Shown: piece by piece, positions 37,421 to 46,584 of the stretch
How positions within the stretch are numbered: position 1 is the first letter of the stretch
Layout of the letters: the number at the start of each line of letters is the position of its first letter
Assembly (NCBI GenBank): GCA_033762815.1
Contig: JANRLF010000002.1
Location: 49,792-113,791, forward strand
Origin: Chitinophagales bacterium
GTDB taxonomy: Bacteria; Bacteroidota; Bacteroidia; Chitinophagales; CAIOSU01
DNA: 64,000 nucleotides
Direction: 5' to 3'
The notes under the pieces: generated by a model
The model's database searches: none
What the model saw: the letters and a program-made list of their open reading frames with translations, nothing else
What the model was told of the DNA's origin: nothing
Translations under genes and position numbers: made by a program

Positions 37421-37443
37421 AGCATATTTTTAATATTGGTAAA

Positions 37444-37896
37444 TTAGTTAGGGCTAACGGTAGGGTTAGGCGTAGTAGTAGGTGCAGTACCTTCTTCTTT
37501 TTTCAATACATTGCCTTTAATAGTCAATATTATAGGGTCGCCAGCATTACTGTTCACGGTAACGTTCTTAGTAAATTGGCCGATACGGTCAGTAGCATAT
37601 TTCACTTCGATTTCGGCAGTTTTACCAGGCTTAATAACCTCTTGGGGGCATTTTGGCACGGTGCAACCACAAGAACCGGTGCAAGAAGAAATAATCAAAT
37701 CCTTTTTGCCGGTATTTTTGAAGTGGAAGTGGCGCACACCGTCAGCGTATTGGTTAATGGTGCCATAATCGATAACGGTAGATTCGAATTCGATTTTGGG
37801 TCCGTTTGGGTCATTAACGGTAGCGGTGTTGGTAGTTTGCGCTGTTGCTCCAAAAGCAGCGAAAACCAAAAATGCGATGGTGAATAAGTATTTCAT
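37444..37896 (-). CDS. DUF1573 domain-containing secreted protein
   Basis: Signal peptide, then FHFKNTGKKDLIISSCTGSCGCTVPKCPQEVIKPGKTAEIEVKY, the DUF1573 signature. Confidence 0.8.
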   Translation of the reverse strand: MKYLFTIAFLVFAAFGATAQTTNTATVNDPNGPKIEFESTVIDYGTINQYADGVRHFHFKNTGKKDLIISSCTGSCGCTVPKCPQEVIKPGKTAEIEVKYATDRIGQFTKNVTVNSNAGDPIILTIKGNVLKKEEGTAPTTTPNPTVSPN

Positions 37897-37995
37897 GGAT
37901 CGTTTTTAAGTTTATACTGTGAAATTATGTCTTTTGTTAGTGAGTTAAAAATTATTTGCGGCCATTGGTTCACATTTAAGCATTTTTAACAAAGC

Positions 37996-38487
37996 CTATT
38001 TGTGTTTCGAGGGGCAATCGAATGATTTGAGCTTTCCATTTTCATGGCTGGCTTCTTCCCATTTTTTCACATCATATTGAATGGCCACTACGCCGCAAGT
38101 AGGCAGGTTATCATAGGGATCGTCAGCATAAGTATTCGTGAATTCTAAAAAATCGGGATTATGGCCAAAAAGGAATACCGTGCCCCAATCATTGTTGGCT
38201 GTTCTAATCACTTCCAATATACCATCCATGCCCTTAAAGTAGAGGCCTTCTTCTATCTTGATATTTTGCTTAAAGCCAAGCTCATCCGCAAAAATAATGG
38301 CGGTATCCAAGGCACGGCGTGCGGGGCTGGTCAAAATGGCATCAGGCTCAATTTTCTTTTTATCCAATAGCTTGCCCATTAGGTGGGCATCGTTGGCCCC
38401 ACGGTTCTTCAAAGGCCTTTCCCTATCGTTCAGTTCCGGATAATGCCAACTAGATTTTCCGTGACGTATCAGATATATCGTTTTCAT
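37996..38487 (-). CDS. histidine phosphatase family protein (SixA-like)
   Basis: IYLIRHGKS catalytic RHG motif, SPARRALDT and GHNPD. Confidence 0.8.
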   Translation of the reverse strand: MKTIYLIRHGKSSWHYPELNDRERPLKNRGANDAHLMGKLLDKKKIEPDAILTSPARRALDTAIIFADELGFKQNIKIEEGLYFKGMDGILEVIRTANNDWGTVFLFGHNPDFLEFTNTYADDPYDNLPTCGVVAIQYDVKKWEEASHENGKLKSFDCPSKHK

Positions 38488-38577
38488 AGATGCTCCAAAA
38501 TGAGGTGGAAAAATAATAAATTAGCACAGCAAAATGCTTATCAATTGATAGTTAAGTCGTTTAAGTCAGCTTATACA

Positions 38578-39036
38578 ATGAAGCCATTGCTGATTTTATT
38601 TCTTCTTGGTGCCTGTGTCCTTAGCCCCCAGCAAAAGCTTTTCAACCGCATGTGCGGCACTTGGAGAATGATGGGAGTAGAGGTAAGAAAGATTGGGGAT
38701 GGATTAATTCCAGGGGATATAATATTTGCTGCCAAGGATTCATTGGAACTGGCCAATACCCAAGGCCTGTCAAAAGGATTGGGTATTTACAAGGCCGATA
38801 GCACCTATACTGAAGAATACTATGCGCTGGACGGTAAGTTGGTGCACGAGGCAGCGGGCAGATGGTATATTTCCAATGACAGCATTGTACTGAAACAGGA
38901 AAGGCCACCCGGGCCATTGATAAAATTAAAGCTGGTAGATAATGATAGCCTGCTTTCAATGAGCGGCTTACGTGATATGGACGGTGACAAAGCTGCCGAT
39001 GATGAATTCAAATTAGTAGTGAAAAAGATAAAATAA
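38578..39036 (+). CDS. hypothetical lipoprotein
   Basis: The ATG at 38578 gives MKPLLILFLLGACV (lipobox). The ORF-track upstream extension overlaps the divergent SixA gene and looks non-protein-like. Confidence 0.6.
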   Translation: MKPLLILFLLGACVLSPQQKLFNRMCGTWRMMGVEVRKIGDGLIPGDIIFAAKDSLELANTQGLSKGLGIYKADSTYTEEYYALDGKLVHEAAGRWYISNDSIVLKQERPPGPLIKLKLVDNDSLLSMSGLRDMDGDKAADDEFKLVVKKIK

Positions 39037-39350
39037 TGAAGGAGATAACCGTTCAAGAATTGAAGCAACTGCAGGATAGCAAGGCCGACTTTCAATTGAT
39101 TGATGTGCGAGAGGAGCATGAATATGATATGGCGAACCTAGGAGGGGAATTGATACCTTTAGCTACCGTACCGCAAGCCGTGGACAGGATAGCCCGAGAT
39201 AAACAAGTGATAATCCATTGCCGCAGTGGTATGCGCAGTGCCAATGCCATTAAATTGTTGGAAGAGCAATATGGCTTTGACAACCTTTACAACCTGAAAG
39301 GCGGTATCATGGCCTATGCCAATGAAATTGACCCCAGCCTGCCTAGGTAG
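39036..39350 (+). CDS. rhodanese-like domain protein
   Basis: Active-site loop HCRSGMRS. 104 aa. 1-nt overlap with the preceding stop. Confidence 0.88.
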   Translation: MKEITVQELKQLQDSKADFQLIDVREEHEYDMANLGGELIPLATVPQAVDRIARDKQVIIHCRSGMRSANAIKLLEEQYGFDNLYNLKGGIMAYANEIDPSLPR

Positions 39351-39422
39351 TCGCTCCCTGTCATCAAAAATTTAACATAGGGTTAAGAGGGCATCCATTA
39401 ATTTGCTGTCAATTGCATCTTT

Positions 39423-41222
39423 ATGAGATACCTGTCTTTTTTCTGTTTTATCTTCCTTTATGGTTCCTTGTTCGCACAATGGAACCAGTTACCAGCCAAT
39501 ATGTATGCCGATTCGGTGCACGCGCCCTTTTATTATGGGGTGGCTTCCGGAGACCCATTGGCGGATAGGGTCATCATTTGGACCCATGTTACGCCTGATA
39601 GTGCCACTATCGACACCATTCAGTTGGGTTGGGAAGTAGCTACTGACAGCACTTTTGCCAACGTGGTACAATCAGGCCAGGCAAGTACTGATTCGTCTGT
39701 TAGTTGGACGGTAAAAGTGGATGTAACGGGTTTGTCAGCAAGCACAACTTACTATTATCGCTTTAAGGATGCTCAGAATAGGTACACGCCCATCGGTAGA
39801 ACCCGCACTGCACCAAATGGCCCGAAATCAAATCTTCAATTGGCGGTCATTTCCTGTAGCAGCGTCTTTTCGGGTTTCTTCAATGCTTACCGTCAAATCG
39901 GCCTGCGGAATGATTTGGATTTGGTCATTCACTTGGGCGATTATGTTTACGATTTTATCGATGAAGATGAAGAAGTACGGGTACCTGACCCTTATGCACA
40001 GCCACCTGGCAATATTCAAGAATGGCGCGACAGGGAACGTTATTACCTGCTTGACCCTGATTTTAGGCTGGCGCGACAGCAACATCCCTTCTCCATTATG
40101 TGGGACAACCATGACCTGGCCGACAATGATAAAGACGTTTGCACCAAAGCATTTTTAGAATGGACACCTACTCGGGTCATCAACCAAACCGACCCTAAGC
40201 GTATCTATCGCAAAATGTCTTATGGCGATTTGCTGGATATTTTCATTTTGGACATTATGCTTTGGCGCGACCAGGAAACCTTGCCAAACGGGGAAGAAAG
40301 CCTATTGGGTACTGAGCAATGGGATTGGTTTATGGATGCCTTTACCAATAGCACCGCGCAATGGAAAATTATAGGTTCGCAAAAAATGTTTAGCTATTGG
40401 GGTGTTTCAGGGCCTTTGGCAACTTTTATCCCTACCCAAAATGGTGTGTTGAATTTGGGCACCTGGGATGGTTACCAGCTTCAGAGGAAGGAATTGTTGG
40501 ATACCATAGCCAATAGGGGCATTAATAATGTGATTGTAATCAGCGGTGATTCGCACGTATCCCTGGCCGCCGACTTGACCAGAGACCCTCAAGGGGATTC
40601 GGAGTACGACCCTGAAACAGGCAGTGGTGGTTTAGGGGTGGAGTTTTTACCCACTAGCGTTACTAGAGGCAATTTTGACGAGTTGGGCATTCCTACCAGT
40701 TTGCAAAGTTTTATTATTGACCTGAGCACTCAAAGCAATCCGCACCACCGGTATGTTGAGTTGGTGCAGCACGGATATGGCATATTAGATATAAAGCCCG
40801 ATAGTGCAATTGCCCAGTTTTGGTATTGCCCGATATTGCAAACAACCAACGACCAAGTGATGGGCAAAGAAATGGTAACGCTAAACGGGATGAACCATTG
40901 GAAAAGGCCTGGGCAAACAATAGATACCACTACATCGGCCGTATTTGTGGCTGCCAAAAGCTTTGGCATTGGCGATGTTTTCCCTAATCCTGTAGGGGAA
41001 AAACTCAATATTGATATACATTCGGACAAAACCCAAACCTTGAAGGTAAGCATCTATGAGTTAGAGACTTTCAAGAAAGTAACACAGGTGTACCAGCAAG
41101 AGGTATCTGCGAAAAAGAAAACCCTACTGGGTGTGGATACCTCCAAGCTGGGCAATGGTATTTACATTGTGTATATTGAAGGCAAAGATGGTGCTGCGGC
41201 GCGTACATTTTTGAAGCGGTAA
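39423..41222 (+). CDS. PhoD-family alkaline phosphatase with T9SS type-A C-terminal sorting domain
   Basis: PhoD-like metallophosphatase motifs (HLGDYVYD, WDNHD, SGDSH). C-terminal VFPNPVGEKLNIDIHS...GIYIVYIEG is a Por secretion tail. Confidence 0.85.
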   Translation: MRYLSFFCFIFLYGSLFAQWNQLPANMYADSVHAPFYYGVASGDPLADRVIIWTHVTPDSATIDTIQLGWEVATDSTFANVVQSGQASTDSSVSWTVKVDVTGLSASTTYYYRFKDAQNRYTPIGRTRTAPNGPKSNLQLAVISCSSVFSGFFNAYRQIGLRNDLDLVIHLGDYVYDFIDEDEEVRVPDPYAQPPGNIQEWRDRERYYLLDPDFRLARQQHPFSIMWDNHDLADNDKDVCTKAFLEWTPTRVINQTDPKRIYRKMSYGDLLDIFILDIMLWRDQETLPNGEESLLGTEQWDWFMDAFTNSTAQWKIIGSQKMFSYWGVSGPLATFIPTQNGVLNLGTWDGYQLQRKELLDTIANRGINNVIVISGDSHVSLAADLTRDPQGDSEYDPETGSGGLGVEFLPTSVTRGNFDELGIPTSLQSFIIDLSTQSNPHHRYVELVQHGYGILDIKPDSAIAQFWYCPILQTTNDQVMGKEMVTLNGMNHWKRPGQTIDTTTSAVFVAAKSFGIGDVFPNPVGEKLNIDIHSDKTQTLKVSIYELETFKKVTQVYQQEVSAKKKTLLGVDTSKLGNGIYIVYIEGKDGAAARTFLKR

Positions 41223-41325
41223 AAGGGTCGTCCATTCTTAAGCCTATTTTAAGGTTTTCTTAAGGGAATATGTCTTTTTTAAAAGCTAGTGCCAAGTCAT
41301 TAATTTAGCGCAAACTTTCTCGATT

Positions 41326-44300
41326 ATGCGTTTTCTCGCCCCTTCTTTGAAGCCGTTAAGTATTTTGATTTTTTCCATTTTGTTGCTCCAAGCAACGGCA
41401 CAGGAATGCGGTATCGTGTATGTGACCCCTTCAGGTGCCTCTTCGGGGGTAGCAGGTACCAAAGCCAATCCGGCTAACTTAACCTATGGGTTGACCTTAG
41501 TATCACCTACAGCTACTAGGGTATGGATGGCTACTGGTAATTATACAATTGATAATACCATCAGCTTGGTATCGAACATTACGATTGAGGGGGGATTTGC
41601 TAGTGGAACTTGGGTCAAATCAAACAATGCAGCCACAGTTATTCAGCGTTCTGCTTTGAACCCTGATAATGCCAATCTAGCTTTAATAGCTTTTAATGCC
41701 TTAAACATTAGCGGCTTCCGTTTACAAGATTTGACCATTAACGTAGCCAATGCTGGTACAGCTGGCCATTCTGTATATGGAGTGCGGTTGTCAGGCTGTT
41801 CCAATTACAATATTGTGCGGTGTATTGTTTCTACTGGCAATGGGGCCAATGGGACTAACGGTACTGTAGGAGCAAATGGTGTAGCAGGCGCCAATGGTTC
41901 GGCAGGGCAAACAGGCGATGGTGATTCAGAAAATAATAGCGGAAGGGGTGGCAATGGTGGCAATGGCGGTGGCGGTACTGCAGGCGGCACCGGTGCACAA
42001 ATAGGTGGCTGTTGTAGTAGGCCAGGTGTTGCTGGAGGAAATGGTGCAGTTCCTAGCCCATCGCGCAATGGAGGTGCTGGCGGAGGCGGCGGTTCAGGTG
42101 CTCACGATGATTTGGTTGGGGGTGCCGGAGGGCAAGGATCTTCCTCCTTTGGAAACAATACGGGTGTTGGTGCAGGTGGCCCAGGTGGAGGAGGATGTTG
42201 TGATCAGAATAATAACAACTGTCAGAATGTTAGACTAGTGGGTCTACCTGGTGCCAATGGAGCCAATGGAGCCAATGGTGCCAACGGAGCAGTGGGTGTC
42301 GATAGTCATGCCGCCGGTTATTATGCACCAGGGACCGGTACAACTGGAAGTGATGGATTTGGTGGTCAAGGCGGCGCTGGTGGCGGTGGCGGTTCAGGTG
42401 ATAAAGGCACTCCTGACATTGCCTGTTTATTCTCTTTTTGTTCAAGTGGTACTGGCGGCGGCGGCGGCGGCGGCGGTGGCGGTGGTCAAGGTGGTGCAGG
42501 GGGTACTGGTGGTACTGGCGGCGGTGGCTCTTTCCCCATTTATTTGTTTAGCAATGGTGCTGCTGGCAATATAGTGGATTGCCAATTGACTCCAGGTACA
42601 GGCGGTACAGGTGGTTTAGGTGGCGGCGGTGGTACTGGCGGTGGAGGTGGCACTGGTGGTGCCCGTGGAGTGAGTTCAGATGGCGATAGTGGTTGTGGTG
42701 GAGCTGGTGGCAACGGCGGTGCCGGCGGTGCTGGTGGTGCCGGCGGTGCTGGTTCAGCAGGGGCTGCTGTAGCACTTTATCAACATCCAGGCGGAACTGC
42801 TGCTATTGTCAGCAATATTGTTTCCGTGCCGGGCAATCCGCCAGTAATTTCTACTAATAACAAGGGTTGTATCAACCAAAATATCACCTTTACTGCCACC
42901 TCGGCGGGCAACTGGAATTTTGGCACCGGCGCAAACCCATCGACAGCCACTGGTGCAGGGCCCCATACCGTACAATACAGCAACTTCGGAAGAAAAACCA
43001 TCACTTTCGGAGGGACTACTTTTACGGATTATGTTGACTTATTCAACACCCCAACCAGCCAAGTTATTATATCGCCCCAAGATACTACCATACCGGTGGG
43101 TTGTTTCCAAACATTCCGTTCTACAGTAGCCGGTACGAACTATACTTGGACTTTCAATGGTGCCAGTCCTGCATCTGCCAATGGCCCAACTGAGCAGATA
43201 GTTGACAGCGTTTATTTCTTATCGCCAGGGGTGTACCAAGTGATACTCAATGTGGAATCTTCCAGTACTTGTTGTGGATTGACAGATACTATTAATGTCA
43301 CCGTGCAGCCCAATACTATTAACGTAAGCCTTGCGGCCAGTACCAGTACCGTGTGCCAAGGCCAACCTATTACCTACACGGCCAGCCCGGCAGGTTATCA
43401 GTTGTACGATTTTTATATCAATACTACTTTGATACAGACTTCTTCTTCCAATGCCTTTACTACCAGTGCGTTGGTACCTGGAGACAGTATTACCGTACGC
43501 GCTTTTGATGGAGTATGCTATTCCAACCCTAGTGCTACCATCCGTCCTACTATCAATGTACCACCTACTTTAACCTTGTCGAGTTCAGATATTGACAACA
43601 CTATCTGCTCTGGCGACCAAGTGACCTTTACGGTAACACCAACTGGTTTTGCGCCCTATAACTTTGTAAATGCTGGCACTAGCGTTCAATCTTCAGCCGC
43701 TAATACTTTTACTACCACGGCATTAGCAGCAGGTAATAGCATCACGGTCATAGCTTCCAATCTAGGCTGCGCCGATACCAGCAATGCCATTGTTACCACC
43801 GTGAACCAAACGCCTGTAGTAACGCTAACGGCCAATGATTCCAGCGTGTGCGCAGGTACGCCTATTGCATTTACTGCAAGCCCTGCTGGTGCTGGTACTT
43901 ATAACTTCTTTGAAAATGGTACCTCCATACAAAACAATAGCAGCAACACTTTGAATATCATTAGCCCGGTAGATAACAATAGCTATTTCGTAATAGCCAG
44001 CACCTTGGGTTGTGCTGATACCAGCACCAGCATACTCATTAATGTTGATTCCATACCAGTCATTACCTTGACCAGTTCCGATGCGGACAATACTATCTGC
44101 TCGGGCGATGTGGTCACCTTTACTGCAAGTCCTAGTGGACATAACCAATATACTTTTAGAAATGGCGCTACTGTAGTTCAGCAGGGGCCATCCAATGTTT
44201 ATGTGGCCAGTAATCTAGTAGCAGGTAACAGCATTACGGTTTACGCCGACAATAATGGTTGTGCAGATACCAGCAATGCTATCGTAACCACGGTCAACCA

Positions 44301-46497
44301 AACCCCAGTAGTAAGCCTTACCGCCAATGACACCAGCGTATGTGCAGGTACACCTATTACGTTTACGGCCAGCCCAGCAGGTGCAGGTGGATATAATTTT
44401 TTTAGAAACGGCACATCCGCTATCAACACCGCAAGCAATACTTACACCGTAGCAAGCCCTGTGGACAATAGCAGCTATTACGTAATAGCCACTACTTTGG
44501 GATGTTCTGACACAAGTACTATTATCCTTGTAAACGTGGATACGGTACCCGTTATCACCTTGGCCAGTTCCGATGCCGACAACATTATCTGCTCAGGCGA
44601 TGCGGTTACCTTCACGGCAAGCCCCAGCGGACATAGCCAATATACTTTCAGAGATGGGAATACTATTGTACAGCAGGGTCCATCTAATATCTACGTGGCC
44701 AACAACTTGACGGCGGGCAATAGTATTACTGTATCTGCTGATAACAATGGCTGCGCCGATACCAGCAATGCGATTATTACCACTGTGAACCAGACACCTG
44801 TTATCACATGGTCGGCCAATGACAGTACCATTTGCCAAGGCACACCAGTTACCTTTACGGTACAGCCTACTGGTTTAGCCTTTTATGGCTTTTATGAAAA
44901 TGGCGTTTTAGTTCAAGGTACTGCTTCTAATACCTACACTACCAGCATTATCAGCAATGGTACTTCGGTAGTCGCTATTGGCTCAATCAATGGTTGTGCC
45001 GATACCACAAGCCCTATCTTGATCAGCGTGTTCCCAGTACCAGTTGTTACTATTGCAAGTTCCGATGTCGATAATGTCATTTGTGAAAACCAGTCGGTTA
45101 CCTTCACAGCCTCGCCTACGGGATTGACTACTTATGATTTTTATGATAACGGCAGTTTGGTACAAAGCAGCAACAGCAACACTTATACTACTACTGGCCT
45201 TCAGCCGGGCAATGCGGTACGGGTGGTAGGGTCAGCGAATGGTTGCGCCGATACCAGCATAGCGATTGCCACACAAGTAATTCCTGCTCCAGTGGCAAAT
45301 GCAGGTGCTGACCAACAAGCTTGTGTAAATGCTGCTGCGGTGCTTTTGAGCGGTACGCCAGTAGGTGGTACTTGGGCTGGTTCGGGAGTTACCCCAGGTG
45401 GCCAGTTTAGTCCTGCCACCGCGGGTGTAGCTGCCCATATTATCACTTATTCGTACACGGATTTTGTGACCAACTGCTCTGATTTGGATACGATGGTATT
45501 TACCGTTAACCCATTGCCGGTTGCCGATGCCGGTACTGATACAAGTATCTGCGAAACCGAAAGCATCCAATTGAATGCTACAGGTGGCGTGTCTTATTCG
45601 TGGTCGCCTTCTAGCGGCTTGGATAATGCGGCTATCAGCAATCCGGTTGCTAGTCCTGTAACTACCACGGTTTATTACGTCACTGTAACAGATGTCAATA
45701 ACTGTATCGGCAATGATAGTATCACCATTACTGTTGCGCCTAAGCCTATAGCAGCATTTACCAGCACTACCGTTTGTCAAGGTGAGCCTACAGTGTTTAC
45801 CAATGGCTCAACAGGTGCCAGCACCTACGCTTGGGAGTTTGGGGACGGCAGTGCCGATTCGGCTACCGATCCATCGCATGTATATATTAAGGATGGTAAT
45901 TTCACCGCCCAACTAATTGCCATTGAAGGTAATTGTAGTGATACTGCTACTAATCAGGTAGTAGTTAATGCTTTACCTAAGGCGGCGTTTACGGTAACAC
46001 CCACCTTGGCTGTAGCTGATGAAGATTCTGTAAGTTTTGTCGCCGATACACAAGGGGTACAAAGCTACCTATGGGATTTAGGTGATGGGTTGACGTCCCC
46101 CTTGCCTGCTTTGGTAAGGACTTATGCCGATACGGGCTTGTACACTATTGGTCTTTTGGTAAGCAATGGGAATGGCTGTGTTGACTCATTGGTATTGGTT
46201 GACCATTTGAACATTGTAGCACCAGCAAGGGCTTTCGTTCCAAATGCTTTTTCGCCCAACAATGACCGTACAAATGATGTACTGTACATTTACGGTTCGG
46301 GCATGCGTCAGGTTTGGTTCCAAATATACAACCGCTGGGGCGATATGGTATTTGAAACCCGCGATGCTACACAAGGCTGGGACGGTACTTACCGTGGCAA
46401 AGAAGCCGAACCAGGCACCTATGTTTATAGGTTGACGGTCAACTTCCAAAACTATACCCAAAAGAAACTGGAAGGTAGTATTACACTAATTAAGTAG
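41326..46497 (+). CDS. giant (1723 aa) cell-surface adhesin-like protein with a T9SS type-B (gliding-motility-associated) C-terminal domain
   Basis: Domain order is signal peptide, beta-helix-like N-domain, about 300-aa Gly-rich region, PKD-like domains (NWNFGTG, WEFGDGS), 8 Ig-like two-Cys modules, then the C-terminus. The C-terminal FVPNAFSPNNDRTNDVLYIYG...GWDGTYRGKEAEPGTYVY matches the TIGR04131-type CTD. Confidence 0.85.
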   Translation: MRFLAPSLKPLSILIFSILLLQATAQECGIVYVTPSGASSGVAGTKANPANLTYGLTLVSPTATRVWMATGNYTIDNTISLVSNITIEGGFASGTWVKSNNAATVIQRSALNPDNANLALIAFNALNISGFRLQDLTINVANAGTAGHSVYGVRLSGCSNYNIVRCIVSTGNGANGTNGTVGANGVAGANGSAGQTGDGDSENNSGRGGNGGNGGGGTAGGTGAQIGGCCSRPGVAGGNGAVPSPSRNGGAGGGGGSGAHDDLVGGAGGQGSSSFGNNTGVGAGGPGGGGCCDQNNNNCQNVRLVGLPGANGANGANGANGAVGVDSHAAGYYAPGTGTTGSDGFGGQGGAGGGGGSGDKGTPDIACLFSFCSSGTGGGGGGGGGGGQGGAGGTGGTGGGGSFPIYLFSNGAAGNIVDCQLTPGTGGTGGLGGGGGTGGGGGTGGARGVSSDGDSGCGGAGGNGGAGGAGGAGGAGSAGAAVALYQHPGGTAAIVSNIVSVPGNPPVISTNNKGCINQNITFTATSAGNWNFGTGANPSTATGAGPHTVQYSNFGRKTITFGGTTFTDYVDLFNTPTSQVIISPQDTTIPVGCFQTFRSTVAGTNYTWTFNGASPASANGPTEQIVDSVYFLSPGVYQVILNVESSSTCCGLTDTINVTVQPNTINVSLAASTSTVCQGQPITYTASPAGYQLYDFYINTTLIQTSSSNAFTTSALVPGDSITVRAFDGVCYSNPSATIRPTINVPPTLTLSSSDIDNTICSGDQVTFTVTPTGFAPYNFVNAGTSVQSSAANTFTTTALAAGNSITVIASNLGCADTSNAIVTTVNQTPVVTLTANDSSVCAGTPIAFTASPAGAGTYNFFENGTSIQNNSSNTLNIISPVDNNSYFVIASTLGCADTSTSILINVDSIPVITLTSSDADNTICSGDVVTFTASPSGHNQYTFRNGATVVQQGPSNVYVASNLVAGNSITVYADNNGCADTSNAIVTTVNQTPVVSLTANDTSVCAGTPITFTASPAGAGGYNFFRNGTSAINTASNTYTVASPVDNSSYYVIATTLGCSDTSTIILVNVDTVPVITLASSDADNIICSGDAVTFTASPSGHSQYTFRDGNTIVQQGPSNIYVANNLTAGNSITVSADNNGCADTSNAIITTVNQTPVITWSANDSTICQGTPVTFTVQPTGLAFYGFYENGVLVQGTASNTYTTSIISNGTSVVAIGSINGCADTTSPILISVFPVPVVTIASSDVDNVICENQSVTFTASPTGLTTYDFYDNGSLVQSSNSNTYTTTGLQPGNAVRVVGSANGCADTSIAIATQVIPAPVANAGADQQACVNAAAVLLSGTPVGGTWAGSGVTPGGQFSPATAGVAAHIITYSYTDFVTNCSDLDTMVFTVNPLPVADAGTDTSICETESIQLNATGGVSYSWSPSSGLDNAAISNPVASPVTTTVYYVTVTDVNNCIGNDSITITVAPKPIAAFTSTTVCQGEPTVFTNGSTGASTYAWEFGDGSADSATDPSHVYIKDGNFTAQLIAIEGNCSDTATNQVVVNALPKAAFTVTPTLAVADEDSVSFVADTQGVQSYLWDLGDGLTSPLPALVRTYADTGLYTIGLLVSNGNGCVDSLVLVDHLNIVAPARAFVPNAFSPNNDRTNDVLYIYGSGMRQVWFQIYNRWGDMVFETRDATQGWDGTYRGKEAEPGTYVYRLTVNFQNYTQKKLEGSITLIK
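43306..45282 (+). repeat. eight tandem ~82-aa Ig-like modules (coding); modules 3-4 and 5-6 form a 492-nt super-repeat
   Basis: Modules alternate between type A (SSD.DN.ICSGD.VTFT..P.G) and type B (TAND.SVCAGTPI.FTASPAGAG). Module starts at 43807, 44299 and 44791 are exactly 492 nt apart. Confidence 0.9.
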
Positions 46498-46584
46498 TGC
46501 CTACCGAAATGTTTTGGAAATGGCAGCCATTTGCCAAATTAACTTTAATTTTAGCGCACTTAATCAGAAACCGCATATAAAGAC

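Noticed and set aside
37262-37447. 61-aa plus-strand ORF in the AKR/DUF1573 spacer
   Set aside because: It has a non-ATG start, a Lys/Phe/Tyr-rich AT-driven composition, runs through the terminator hairpin and overlaps the DUF1573 stop. It is not credible as a gene.
38383-38577. Upstream extensions proposed by the ORF track for the lipoprotein gene (38383). The same applies to nadC (58679), the response regulator (15108), the radical SAM gene (49701), and TTG starts at 6168, 52320, 49627 and 61723.
   Set aside because: The extensions overlap neighbouring genes or precede obvious signal peptides or canonical N-termini. Downstream ATG starts give family-typical N-termini.
41833-42765. Highly repetitive GGT/GGC-rich DNA that at first glance resembles a non-coding tandem array
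   Set aside because: It is in frame within a 1723-aa ORF and encodes the Gly-rich module. There is no repeat-spacer periodicity, so it is not CRISPR-like.
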